Below are positions 51,414 through 63,247 of a stretch of DNA of 64,000 nt, piece after piece. Where the stretch lies: contig NC_086107.1 in assembly GCF_963921235.1 (NCBI RefSeq), positions 100,194,001-100,258,000 of the forward strand. Direction: 5' to 3'. The position numbers and the translations under genes are program-made. The notes beneath the pieces are model-generated. The model was not told the origin of the DNA. It did not search any database and saw nothing but the letters and a program-made list of their open reading frames with translations. Within the stretch, counting starts at the first letter, position 1. Each line of letters opens with the position of its first letter. Origin of the DNA: Mobula hypostoma (taxonomy: Eukaryota).

Positions 51414-51535
51414 TGTCACCCCGTGCTGAAGGCCTTCATGTGCGGATCTCTGAGTGGGACCTGTTCGACGCTGCTCTTCCAGCCCCTGGACCTTGTGAAG
51501 ACTCGCCTGCAAACTGTGCAAGGTTCAGTGAGTGG
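51414..51535 (+). CDS. slc25a38: slc25a38 coding exon 2, 122 nt
   Basis: gccag|; [33 protein letters not shown] (carrier motif PxDxxKxR; human [32 protein letters not shown]); GG|GTACGT. Confidence 0.96.
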
Positions 51536-52146
51536 GTACGTGTGCACCGGGAGTTCACCGGCAGTCTTGGCATGGGTTCATCATGGAAGAGTGAGAGAGT
51601 TAACCAAGGAGAGGAACACATCTAGTGGGCCTGGGGGCATAGTATTAAGTGTGAATGGCCTTAGAATGCAGACATCTTGATGCAGGCCAGTAACAAAGGT
51701 TGCGGGCAGTGAGACTGATGATGTCCCACGATCAATTTGAGCTTGATTCGTCGCTAACTGGAGACTGGACTTTCAATTTTGATTTGAAGCCCAGTGGATA
51801 TGATCTGTCCAGCTCACTATTTATATCCTCACACAAAGCCGATCCCCACTCTCCTTCAGATGAGAAACCCCATGGTTGATTGCCATTTCTTTGCTGGTCA
51901 TGGTAAAGGAACAAAAGTAGGATAGGCCAGTAAACCTTATTGGGAGATGCCAGTGTGTGAACGTTGTGTGCTTGGTTGTAGTGCCCTTACTGTTAAAGGT
52001 GTGTTGATGCCAGGAATGGTCATGTCAGCAGTTTGTAGATGCTCGATTTGGAATGGAATTTAAAACCATAAACCTCTCCACTGGACAGAAGAGTGAGTCT
52101 CTGCTAATACCTGTTGCAGATCACTGCAGGTTAATCTTTGGTGACA

Positions 52147-52318
52147 GACACAAGAGACAGCAGATGCTGGAAAGCTGGAGTAATACACAAAGTGCTGAGA
52201 AACTCAGTAGTTACGGACGGAAATGAATAGCTGAGATTTCTGGAGTAGCTCTACAGTCCAATCCCTTCCATAGATACTGCCTGAGCTGCTGAGTTCCTTC
52301 AGTGTTTCCTGTGTTACT
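52147..52318. mobile_element. Older fold-back Penelope-like miniature with a degenerate 14-bp TSD
   Basis: Inverted termini; flanks aatctttggtgaca and aattcttggtgaca. Confidence 0.55.
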
Positions 52319-52367
52319 AATTCTTGGTGACATTTTGCTAAGAGCATTTTCTGTATCTTATCATCAG

Positions 52368-52452
52368 GTCTGGGCGTGTTGGAATGATCACCATTTTACT
52401 GAATGTTATTCGTACTGAGCGAATTATTGGATTGTGGAAAGGAGTGTCTCCG
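52368..52452 (+). CDS. slc25a38: slc25a38 coding exon 3, 85 nt
   Basis: catcag|; [37 protein letters not shown]. Confidence 0.96.
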
Positions 52453-53439
52453 GTAAGTGATTGACGGACTAGATCTTTGCGTTTTACCGCATGGTTTAAG
52501 TGCAGTGCCTGGTGCTCACCCACTATGGGTGGATGTGGGGTGGATCAGCTGGCTTCAGTACCTCCAAGCTGAGGGCTGGTAGATGACAGTGACCAGGAAC
52601 AGGACCCACTTTATCAGTCACCTATTCATCAAACTGGCATCAGAGAGACTCTAAAGTCTACCACCACCAGCACTACACGTTACCTCTGAAGCTCCTTTCC
52701 TGTAGCTATCCAGCTTCTCAACAAAACTCACTCGGGCATAATACCCAACACAACATCCATTAAACGGTCTTCCCTGCTCTTCTTGTTCTGTTGATGATTA
52801 TTTAGTCTGTTCATATATTCACACTTATTTAAATTTGATTATTGATTAGTAATAGTCAATAATTACATTTAAATATTTGTGCTAATTGTTGAATGTTCAT
52901 GGCTGTTTGCACGATGGTAAATTATTGGTTGCTGTTGTGTTGTCTGTTATGGCATTGTCCTGTGTCTTATGCATGGCACAGAACCACAATTAATTCTGGT
53001 AGGTTTCACTTATTGGCAATAACGTGATTCTGATTCTGATCCTGTTGGCCCTTCCTCTGGGCTGGGCAGAGGTTGATACTCCCGATGAGGCTCTTTACAG
53101 TTGAGCAGCCAGCAATACTTATAAATACTTTTAGGAGGCCTGTCTGCCTACAGTGGTCATCTTTGGTAAGATACTGAGTGTGAGCATCCAGCAGAAATGG
53201 GATTAAATAAGGGTATCAGAGGATCTGTAAAGTTGTAGCAGGTAGAATTGAGATACAGGTCAGCGATGATCTCCTTGTTTGGCGGAACAGGCCCAAGGGT
53301 TCCATAGTTGGCTCTTGTTCCTAAATATTCAAGATCTGTTGGGGTGATTGTGTACTGGAGTTGAAGCAGACGTGGCATCAGGTAAGATGGCCATGTGACC
53401 CCCTGACCCTCGTGCGAGCTCTCCAACTGGACACTAATT

Positions 53440-53890
53440 AATGCCTTGCACTCTGTGCCCTCCAAGAGGACCACGACCCTGACAAGGTTTGGAGGCTCAC
53501 GAGCCTCAGTGACCCGGAGAGCTGTGCTGGCCAGAGTCAGGGCTTTATGCTTTGGCTGTTGGTAAGGTGGTAAGGTCACCCATGCCAAACAGGTCAAAGG
53601 GTAGAGGACAGACTAAGAGTGGTTACCGGTCCTCCAGGTGTGGGGGTTCAGCTCAGGGCTAACAACCCTGACTGGTAAAACCAAATTGTTCTGGAAACAG
53701 CAATGGAGATTCCTTCTATATCTGAGTATGACGGTATTCCTACACCCATTCAGGACTTGCGTGACTGACATCAGTGAAAACCGAGAGGAGGCTCCTGACA
53801 TGATGAAGGAAGCCCTGAACACCTCCAGAGATGGAGGACCTTCATTGCTGCCCTAAACACCAGCGGTGTAACAGGAGCAAGAAGAAGACT
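53440..53890 (+). mobile_element. RTE-related non-autonomous repeat
   Basis: Composition and (GAA)n tail typical of RTE-mobilised short elements; family uncertain. Confidence 0.4.
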
Positions 53891-54232
53891 CTCTGTGGAA
53901 AGTTATGCATTTCTCTTCGTCATGCATCTAACCTTTGTCTCTCCACTTCGGGCCACTAAGAACAACCAACCTGCCTTTAACAATGTCCTTTGCAACAACA
54001 CAGGCTCAGGGTTAAACATGAGTATGACCACCTTTCACTTGAGGAGGAAGCAGCTCCATCTCTGCCCAGTGACCACCAAGTAGTGCCAGCACCACATTTG
54101 ACCCAGAGCTCTATGTGTGGGTAAAGAAGAGTGACCGGGGAGGTAGTGGCTGTGTTTTACAAGCTGTGTGTTTTATTCTACATGTTGTCTGTGAGTCTCT
54201 GAATTAATTTTCCCTTCTCTTCCTCATTGCAG

Positions 54233-54306
54233 TCATTTGTCCGATGCATTCCCGGTGTGGGGATTTACTTCAGCACACTCTACTCCACGAAGCAGCACTT
54301 CTTCAG
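54233..54306 (+). CDS. slc25a38: slc25a38 coding exon 4, 74 nt
   Basis: ttgcag|; [24 protein letters not shown](S); AG|GTGAGC. Confidence 0.95.
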
Positions 54307-55667
54307 GTGAGCCAGAGAGCTGAGCAGATTTTACCACCTTAACCTTCTGCCTCTGGAGCCTGAAGTTCAAATCTAACCCAGGATGAAGCTAGTGTCTCTT
54401 CAGACTTTAAGAGCGCAATGTGAAATTCTGCTTCAGTCAACACTTCGGTGGCTGAGACAGTTCAGAGGGAGCTTCGCTCCATAGTCCAACTCGTGCTCTT
54501 TCTACCATAAAGATTGTTTGATGGGATAGTGTAAAGTGTCACTCTTCATTTAAAGCAGTGCTTTGTCTGCCCTGGGACTGCCAAATACTTAAAATGGGCA
54601 ATCTGGAGGGGAGCTTTATTCTGCATGTCAGTTCATGCTTAATTCACATTGATGGGAGTTTTTCTCAGAGTATAATCCATGTAGGGTGTGTGCTGAGAGA
54701 GAATGTGAAGATATGTGACCCGGTGTTGTATCTGCCATGGGAGTATTTGATAAGACAGTGCAGGAAGTGATGTGGTTTAGAAGCCCTGGGAGCCTTTTAT
54801 GGGATGGTGTAGGAGAACTTTACTTATATCCAAGCCATACTTTTTCTGAAATAAAGACATTAAATATTGGAAATAATCAGCAGGTCCGGTGACATTTGTG
54901 GGGAGAGAAACAGTTAATGTTTTGAGTTGATTCTTCTCATCAGGCCTGAAACATTGACAATTTCTCTCCCCCCAGACTCTGGCTGACCTGCTGAGTGTTT
55001 CCCAAGATTTTCTGTTTTTAATTCAGATTTCCAGCATTTTTCTTTTTGCTTTTCATTCCGTGTTTTATCTGGATGTGTTTGACAGAAGCTCACCCCTGAT
55101 GCATCGACCCAGGGAGAGTTTGATGGTGCGGCAAAGCTTTAAGGGTGGAAGGGTCTGCAGTTCTTGTGATGGGATTGGGGCAGAGTGATGATGGCGGAGA
55201 TTTTCAAAGTTGATCAAGTGATGTCTCCAGCAGGGAGGGACGATGGTCTTATGGGACTTCTGCGCTAGGGAGAAAGAGGGAAAGTGCAGAAGAGTGATAG
55301 GTATAGCTTCTGATGGTGCCTCTAACATGTTGGACTTGCATCTACTATATTCAGAATGTATCAGTGAAATATTTTATTGAAGGAAGCTGCGTCACTCCCT
55401 GGAACGTTACAGGAGGTGGGAACAACGTGGGCAAAATCTATACACAGCCTGCAATGGGCATTGAAATTGCCTCTTGCTCATTGGCACCATGGCCCTCGTC
55501 ATTTTATGGAATCACAGTGCCAGGGTGGTGAGACCACAGAAAGGAGGGGCGCATAGGGTGCCCATGCTCCCAGAGTGCTGTGCCCCTGAGCACTAGGTCC
55601 CCGCTGTCCATCCTGCGAGGGGGTGACGCTCCTCCCATGTGTCTTATAAACTGTTTTTCATCTCCAG

Positions 55668-55773
55668 CGAGAGGAGCCCAACGGCGCTGGAGTCGGTGGC
55701 TTTAGGTGCCAGCGCTCGCACTGTAGCGGGCATCTGCATGTTGCCCGTAACCGTGGTGAAGACTCGATACGAG
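55668..55773 (+). CDS. slc25a38: slc25a38 coding exon 5, 106 nt
   Basis: ctccag|; [44 protein letters not shown]. Confidence 0.96.
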
Positions 55774-57626
55774 GTGAGTTTTGTGGCTGGTTGGGTCTCA
55801 GGGCTGTTTGGTAGATATGTGGCAGGCACAGATGGGTGGGCCAGGGCCATATGTATCCAACAGACCTTTACCTCGGGTCTTCGGAGTTGAGAAGAACGAG
55901 GGGTGACCTTATTGAGACACCAAGATCCTTCGGGGGGCATGACAGGGTAGACGTCAAGTTGTTTCCACTTGTGGCAGAATCTTGAATGAGGGGACATAGT
56001 TACAGAATTAGGGCAGTCATTTATAACTGAGGAATGAAGGAAATTCTCACAGAGGGTGGTGGATCTCTGGAATTCTTTATCCCTGAAGGTTGCAGATGAT
56101 GGATCTTTGGGAATATTTGAAGAGGAAGCTTGTATATTTTTGAAGGCTCAGGGAAATGATGGCTGGAGGGAGCTGATACAGAAGAGGAGATAAGGTCTGG
56201 GGCAGATCAACCATGATCACATTGAAGGGGACAGGCTTGATGGGCCAAGTCGCCTCTTCCTGCTCCTGTTTTCTCAAGTGTTTTAATACTACACTGCTGA
56301 TGCTGGATGACAGGATAATTGGAAACTGGGAGCAGGGTAATTAAAGGCAGGAACTGGTGTTCATCTGGAATATGGTAAAAACTGACTCCAGCTCAGGCAG
56401 GGGATGGAATTCTGTCTTTGTGGTCGTTGGACTGCAATGTGAAGTGAGTTTGGTAACTGAGTTCTACTCAGATTGGGTGCTCTAGGCCATTGCAGTAACT
56501 GAAGTTTCACACTGCTTTCCAAGGCTATACCAGACACTATTCCATTCATATATCAGTTTATCAGTTCCTGTCCTTTTTTAAACACTGCCTTCAGTCTCCC
56601 AGTCCCTCTGAAAACTTATTCCAAATAACTTCTACCTCAGCCCAATCTCTAATCTCTGCACACTCAGGTCTTCGGTATCACTTGCTGCCTTCTTCAAGGT
56701 CCTTCGCTCCCTGCTCCCACACATCCTGAGTTGTGTTCTGGTTCAGTGCAAGTTGTGTAGAGTTGGGAGATTGAGAGTAGGGATTCCACCTGTGATTCCA
56801 GCACCAGTAGGACAGAGCAAAGGCAGCAATCAAACGACAGTCTCTTTTCCAAACCCCACACTCCAACCACTTCTAGACCAACAGCAAATGGAGTACGAGG
56901 CATTTGTGTGGGTCTGTGTAGGGTCTCTTTCCAAGGGGGGGTGTGCTGTGGTCGTCACATCACTTGCATGGCCTGGTCACTGGGATCGTTCGAAGTCCCC
57001 AGCACATTTTGAAGAAATGCAGGACATCTTCCTGGTTTTCCAGGTTAACCTTCCTTCCTTCAATAAAGTGAGATTGACGTTGTCTTTTGCTGCCTGAGTG
57101 ACAATATGGCTGCTACTTTTGCTGGACTCCGCTTAAAACAAAAACTTTACATTCTGAGTCTCGTGGCTTCTGAATGTCCCAAGACAGCCTATAGCCAATG
57201 AAATGTAATGTCTAGTTTTACAGATAAAGCTGGCAGCCAAATTGTACACAGCAGGAGCCGAAAGCTCAATTGGGGATTTTGTGTGAATCAAGGTGCCGAG
57301 GAAGCTCTCTGCTCTTTGGATAGGATCTGTGGAGCCTTTAAAACCATCCTGAATAAGAACACTGCCTTTCCCATCAAAATACTGCCACCGAGCGTGTATT
57401 ACGTGTCCAAGTCTCTGTAGTGAGGCTCTTACTAAATGTTTCCAATTGATCAGGATTTGAGGGACCCTGTAAGATTGTGATAACTTGTGAAAGATCTTGC
57501 CAGTTGTTCCAAAGGGCAGCGGTGGAATCACGCAAAGATGTGTAACTGCATCTGGAACACGAAGGAAGATGGGAGCTCAGGAAATGGGAAAAGACAATTC
57601 CTCACAATTTGTGTCTGTGTCTGCAG

Positions 57627-57795
57627 AGCGGGAAGTTTCGATACGAAAGCGTGTTCAGTGCTTTGAGAAATATCTACAAGACTGAGGGTGCACGGGCGCT
57701 GTTTAGCGGACTGACAGCCACACTCCTCCGTGATGCCCCCTTCTCCGGGATTTACCTCATGTTCTACACGCAGACCAAGAAAGCAGTGCCTGAAA
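57627..57795 (+). CDS. slc25a38: slc25a38 coding exon 6, 169 nt
   Basis: ctgcag|; [52 protein letters not shown] (contains the LLRDAPFSG signature); A|GTACGT. Confidence 0.97.
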
Positions 57796-58284
57796 GTACG
57801 TGAGGGTGTTTGATACAAGATACCAGGGTGGGAGGGAGGGGGACTGTTGTTTCATACAGACATTGATTACATTGTGCCTGCTTTGCATTGCAATATCCTG
57901 GCACCAAAGGTAAGGCAAAGACCACGCTCTCCATTATACCCCAAACATTCCAAAATGGGGATCTAGTAAATGGAGTTAGTGATTGTCCATAAGTATTTTC
58001 TTTCTCAACTTGTCACATTTTAATTACAGGAACAGAAGGAGGCCAGTTATCCCGTCAAATCTGCTCTATTCAATAAAATCATGGATAAGTCCTAATCACA
58101 GCCTCAGCACCACATTATAGGAACACAACTTTATATATCCTCTTGCCAAGGAAAGCCCAAACAGCCAAGACCATTACAGCTACATAGAATAGTACAACAC
58201 AGGAATTGGCCCTTTGGCCCACAATGTTGTGCCAACCCAATTAAAATAGTTATTATTCGGCTCTAACTTCTCATCTTTTTTTCC

Positions 58285-58320
58285 GGTCCTGATGAAGGGT
58301 CTTGGCCCGAAACATCGACT
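58285..58320 (+). ncRNA. Minimal hammerhead motif in the sense strand of an slc25a38 intron (Penelope-like terminus 58270-58385)
   Basis: GGUC-CUGAUGA-AGGGUCUUGGCCC-GAAAC-AUC-GACU: core intact, helix I pairs, but the ACGU palindrome is broken (ACAU). Confidence 0.6.
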
Positions 58321-60065
58321 GTTTACTCTTTTCCCTGGATATTGCCTGACTTAATGAGTTCCTCCAGCATTTTGTGTGTCTTGCTTAAATTAGTAATCAA
58401 ATGGCTAACTGAACTAATCTCTTCTGCTACCCGATGTTCATTTTCTTCTATTTTCCTCACATTCACGTGCCTATCTAAACGTCTCGTAAAAGTCTCTAAT
58501 GTTTCCCCCACTCTAGGCAGCACAATCCAGGCACCCACCACTCTCTGAGTAAAGCGAAAACCTGCCCCTCGCATCTCCTTTGAAATTAATGCCACTCACC
58601 TTAAATGCATGCTGTAATTGTAATTGGCAGTGTCTATTGTACGGGTGGAAATGTTAAAAAGGAACAAAGCAACTGGCCCTGTTAAATCAGGTCTATCTAT
58701 TTATTTCCTCCTTTGGACATCTCAAGAGTGAATGATTTCTAGTCCTCTTGAAGAATGTGAGAATTGCCTGGAGTAGAGAGAAGTTTCCTGTTTTAGTGGC
58801 TCTTGAGGCCAGGCTGATAAACATTGAGGAGCTCAAACAGCTCCACTTGTTATACAAATTACTGATCAGATTTGAATATCTGCAAGGAGGTGATCTTTTG
58901 TACTCTCAGGAACATCTGTCAAGGAACCAGTAAAGTCACAACTATTTAATTCCAGTTGAGAGCAGAGTAATTTGAAGCTGGAGGGTCACGTGAATAGAAC
59001 AGACAAGCTAACGTTATCACCATCATCATTGTCACACATCTATTCCATTCACACCTACTCCATTGTCCATTCAATCCCATCCACCTCCAGGCCACTTCCT
59101 TCTCTTGTCACCCACACCCCCACCCCACAGTAACCTGGTAATCTGAAAGAACAAGAGGTTTTCTTCCTCATTTTTGGTATTGGATCTTGGACAAATATAG
59201 AAGTTGACTTCTCCTGTGTGTTGAGGCTTTTCCTCATTACCCAGGTGAAGATAGCTCCCAGCCCGTCAAATGTCACCTTTTGACAGATGTTGAACTAATG
59301 CTGGGTGAATTAATCCAAAGGACCCCATTGAAATTTCTAGACAAGTCATCCCTGGTGCTCTGATCACTGTTTGTCTCTGAACACACAGCACCAGCAATTC
59401 ATCTGGGGGACTGGGCAGACTCTGTCTAAAAGACTACACCTTCAACACTGCAATAGTGCCCCCAGTTTTGGACTAGAGTATCAGTACTATGCTGAAGTCT
59501 CTTCTGTGGTTTATGAATCCCCAGTGTTAACTCAGATAATATTATCTACATCCTGCCTTCCAAAGGGGCATAACCTAGGGCAAGCACACCCCAAGAAGAG
59601 CTTACACAATTGCCTCCTCCTGTCCGACACAACCAGACCAGAACAGTTTATCCCGCCACTCATGAGGGAGCTGGAAGAGGCTGAGCTTTTTGCCATGTGC
59701 TCTTAGAATGCAATGGAAGACTGATTCAGTACCAACTTTCAAACTGAGATATGGAGAAAGCCCAGAAGGTTTAATTGACTAGCAGTCTCAAAGAGATGGT
59801 ACTTGCACAATAAAGCCATGAGATGTAAGATGTATGTGTTGGTCTGCAGGAGCACCATCCTAGTTTATGACCATGACAATAGAGAGAAGTAATTAGAATG
59901 GGAAACGAGCTACAATGAATTAAGGTCTGTAGACAGTAACTGTGCACTGTACACATGTTGGTTTCATTGAGATAGTGAGATTATGAATGTGTTACTTGGC
60001 TGGGCTAAGTGTCATTGATTGAAGTGCTTTGTATGGTCAAATCTAATTTTCCTTCTATTATTCAG

Positions 60066-60232
60066 ACCGGTACGAGACGCCGATTGTCCCTCTGATCAAC
60101 TTCAGCTGTGGCATCTTCGCAGGCATTTTGGCTTCTTTGGTGACACAGCCAGCAGACGTCATAAAGACACACATGCAGCTGTCTCCCGAGAAGTATCGGC
60201 GAGTTAAACACACCATCGTTTTCATCTTTGAG
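60066..60232 (+). CDS. slc25a38: slc25a38 coding exon 7, 167 nt
   Basis: ttcag|; [28 protein letters not shown]...VFIFE; GAG|GTACAG. Confidence 0.97.
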
Positions 60233-60929
60233 GTACAGCCACCTGGCCACAAACATTTCTTCCTCTGCTCCTGATGAATTTTCAAACACTTTACCTTCAA
60301 AATGCTTTAAAAAAAATGGTTTTCATTTCCCATCTTCAGCTATTCTGTATGCAGACCTGGTTCTGAGGTGGTACCATTAGCTCCCAATGCATGCTGTCCT
60401 GTCCAGTGTCACACATGCCTTTCAACACCCTAACATCTGTACTGGAGCCAAAGGAGAAAATGACATGGGAGCTGGCAGTGGTTTGAGAAGTGCAGTGGTT
60501 TTATTCTTAATTCCTTCATGGATTGTGGATTCACTGGAGAAGGCAGATTGTCTGTGATTGCCTTGGTGGTATAGCTGCCTTATTGAACAACTGCAATCTC
60601 CGCTCCCATGATGCTACTGAGTTGGGAGTTGGGAGTTACGAGTTTGACTTGGCTGTAATGAAAAGAAAATGACATACATTTCCAAGTGAGGACAGAGTGT
60701 GATTTTGAGAAGAGCTTGGAGGTGAGACATGGAAATGTAGGAATTGCTTCCCAGTTGCTTTGCCCTGATTTTCATGAGTATTTTTGAAGTTGCACTGAGC
60801 CAGGCAGGTGCTGAGTATCCCACCACACTACTGACTTTGTAAATAGTGGAAAGATTTTGTACAGTATGAGTGAATTTTAGAACTTAAAGCTTCAGGGTCT
60901 GTCAGTAGTGGGATGCTGGGACAGGTATA

Positions 60930-61190
60930 TTTTATTTTAAATTATATTTATTGAGAGATACAGAGTGGTAACATGCCCTTCGAGCATAACCAGCGCGCAC
61001 AGCCCAATTACTCCCACGTGATCAATTTACCTACTAACCTGTATGTCTTTGGAATGTGGGAGGAAACCAGAGCACCCAGCGGATACTCTAACACAGTCAT
61101 GGGGAGAACGTACAAACTCCTTACAGACAGCAGCAGAATTAAAACTGGGTCACTAGCGCTGTAATAGTGCTACAGTAACTGCTATGCTAC
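60930..61190 (-). mobile_element. V-SINE-like element
   Basis: gtgggaggaaaccagagcaccc...gggagaacgtacaaactccttacag. Confidence 0.65.
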
Positions 61191-61228
61191 TATGCTGTCC
61201 ACAATGTTACCGTAATGCCCACTATGTA

Positions 61229-62741
61229 CAGTGCCTATAAAAAAACTATTCACCCCCACCCCCCAGAAATTTTCATGTTTTATTGTTTTACAACATTGAA
61301 ACACAGTGGATTTAATTTGGCTTTTTTTGACACTGATCAACAGAAAAAGACTCTTTCATGTCAAAGTGAAAACACAAAATAATTGATTGCATAAGTATAT
61401 ATTCCCTTCAAGTCAGTATTTAGTAAATGCAGCTTTGGCGGCAGTTACAGCCTTGAGTCTGTGTGGATAGGTCTCTATCAGCTTTGCACATCTGGACACT
61501 AATTTTTCCCCATTCTTCTTTACAAAACTGCTCAAGCTCTGTCAGATTGCATGGTGATCGTGAGTGAACAGCCCCTTTCAAATCCAGACACAAATTTTCA
61601 ATTAGATTGAGGCCTGACCCTGGATTGGCCACTCCAGGGCATTTCCTTTGTCGTTTTAAGCCATTCCAGTGTAGCTTTGGATTATTGTCTTGCTGGAAAA
61701 CAGATCTTCTCTCAAGTCATAGTTGTTAAGCAGACTGCACCAGGTTTCCCTCCAGGGTTTCCCTGTATTTTGCTGCATTCATTTTACCCTTTACCTTCAC
61801 AAGCCTTCCAGGGCCTGCTGCAGTGAAGCGTCCCCATAGCATGATGTAGCCAGCACCATGCTTCACAGGAGGGATGGTGAGTTTTTTTATGTTGTCTGGT
61901 GGTTGAAAAGCTCAATTTTGGTTTAATCAAACCATAGAACCTTCTTCCAGCTGACTTCAGAGTCTCACACATGCCTTTTGGCAACCTCTAGACGAGATTT
62001 CATGTGAGTTTTTTTTTCAACAGTGGCAACTGGTGAAGCACCCAGGCAACAGTTGTTGTATGGGCAGTCTCTCCCATCTCAGCTACTAAAGCTTGTAACT
62101 CCTCCAGAGTTGTCACAGGTGTCTTGGTGGCCTCCCTCACTTGTCCCCTTCTTGCACAGTCACTCAGTGTTTGACGACCGTCTGCTCTAGGCAAATTTAC
62201 AGCTGTGCCATATTCTTTTATTGATGATTGACTTAAATGTGCTCCAAGGGATATACAGTGACTTGGACATTTTCTTGTATCCATCTCCTAACTTGTGTTT
62301 TTCAATAACTTTTTCCATGGAGTTGCTTGGAGTGTTCTTTTGCCTTCATGGTGTAGTTTTTGCCAGGATACTGACTCTCCAGTAGTTGGACCTTCCAGAT
62401 ACAGGGGTATTTTTACTACAGTCAATTGAAACACCTTGACTGCACACAGGTGATCTCAATTTAACTAATTACATGACTTCTAAAACCAATTGGCTGTGTC
62501 AGTGAAGAATTGATGTGTCATATTAAAGGGAGTGAATACTTATGCAATCAATTATTTTGTGTTTTGTATTTGTAATTAATTTAGATCACTTTGTAGAGAT
62601 CTGTTTTCACTTTGACACCGAAGAGCCTTTTTCTGTTGATCAGTGTCAAAAAGCCAAATTAAATCCACTGTAATTCAGTGGTGTAGAACAATAAAACATG
62701 AAAACTTACGGGGGGGGGGTGAATACGTTTTATAGGTATTG
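61229..62741 (-). mobile_element. Degraded Tc1 transposon with ~200-bp terminal inverted repeats
   Basis: TA|cagtgcctataaaaaaactattcacccc ... ggggtgaatacgttttataggtattg|TA; transposase remnants EYGTAVNLPR...VREATKTPVTTLEELQ and LNLIENL...NLTELEQFCKEEW. Confidence 0.92.
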
Positions 62742-63124
62742 TATACAGGCAGTGAGGTAATGGAATTGCTGCATGGTGGAATGCAGACATCATAGATAGG
62801 TTATAGAGCTGGAGGATGTTACAGAGATTAGTTTGGGGTAAGGCTATGAAGGAACTTGATAACTATATCGAGAATTTCAACAAGTAGATACCTGGAGAGT
62901 GAATGCCACTGTAGGTCAGGAGATAGAGGGGTATTTGTGAACGAACACAGGCAGTAAAGTACTTAGTGAATTAAATGTGTGTGTGTTGAGGGAGACATTT
63001 TAGTGGAACATAGTCCCTCAATACTGAATGGGGAACAATTGAGGCTTGAGCTTCTTCTTGGTGGATTGTTGGTTTGATTTGGAAGCAGCACCAAAATGTT
63101 AACTCTCCTCTCTTCTGCCCGCAG

Positions 63125-63247
63125 AACCATGGTGTTGTGGGATTTTTCCGAGGAGCCGTCCCTCGTTCATTGCGGCGCTCACTCATGGCTGCCATGGCTT
63201 GGACAGTGTATGAACAGATGATGACCAAGTTGGGCCTCAAGTCATGA
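63125..63247 (+). CDS. slc25a38: slc25a38 last coding exon, stop TGA; total CDS 861 nt = 286 aa
   Basis: ccgcag|; [40 protein letters not shown] (human ...[28 protein letters not shown]). Confidence 0.97.
   Translation, partial: NHGVVGFFRGAVPRSLRRSLMAAMAWTVYEQMMTKLGLKS

Noticed and set aside
61229..62741. Active transposase gene
   Set aside because: The coding region is broken by frameshifts, stops and deletions; the same applies to the elements at 2345-4529 and 48749-49360
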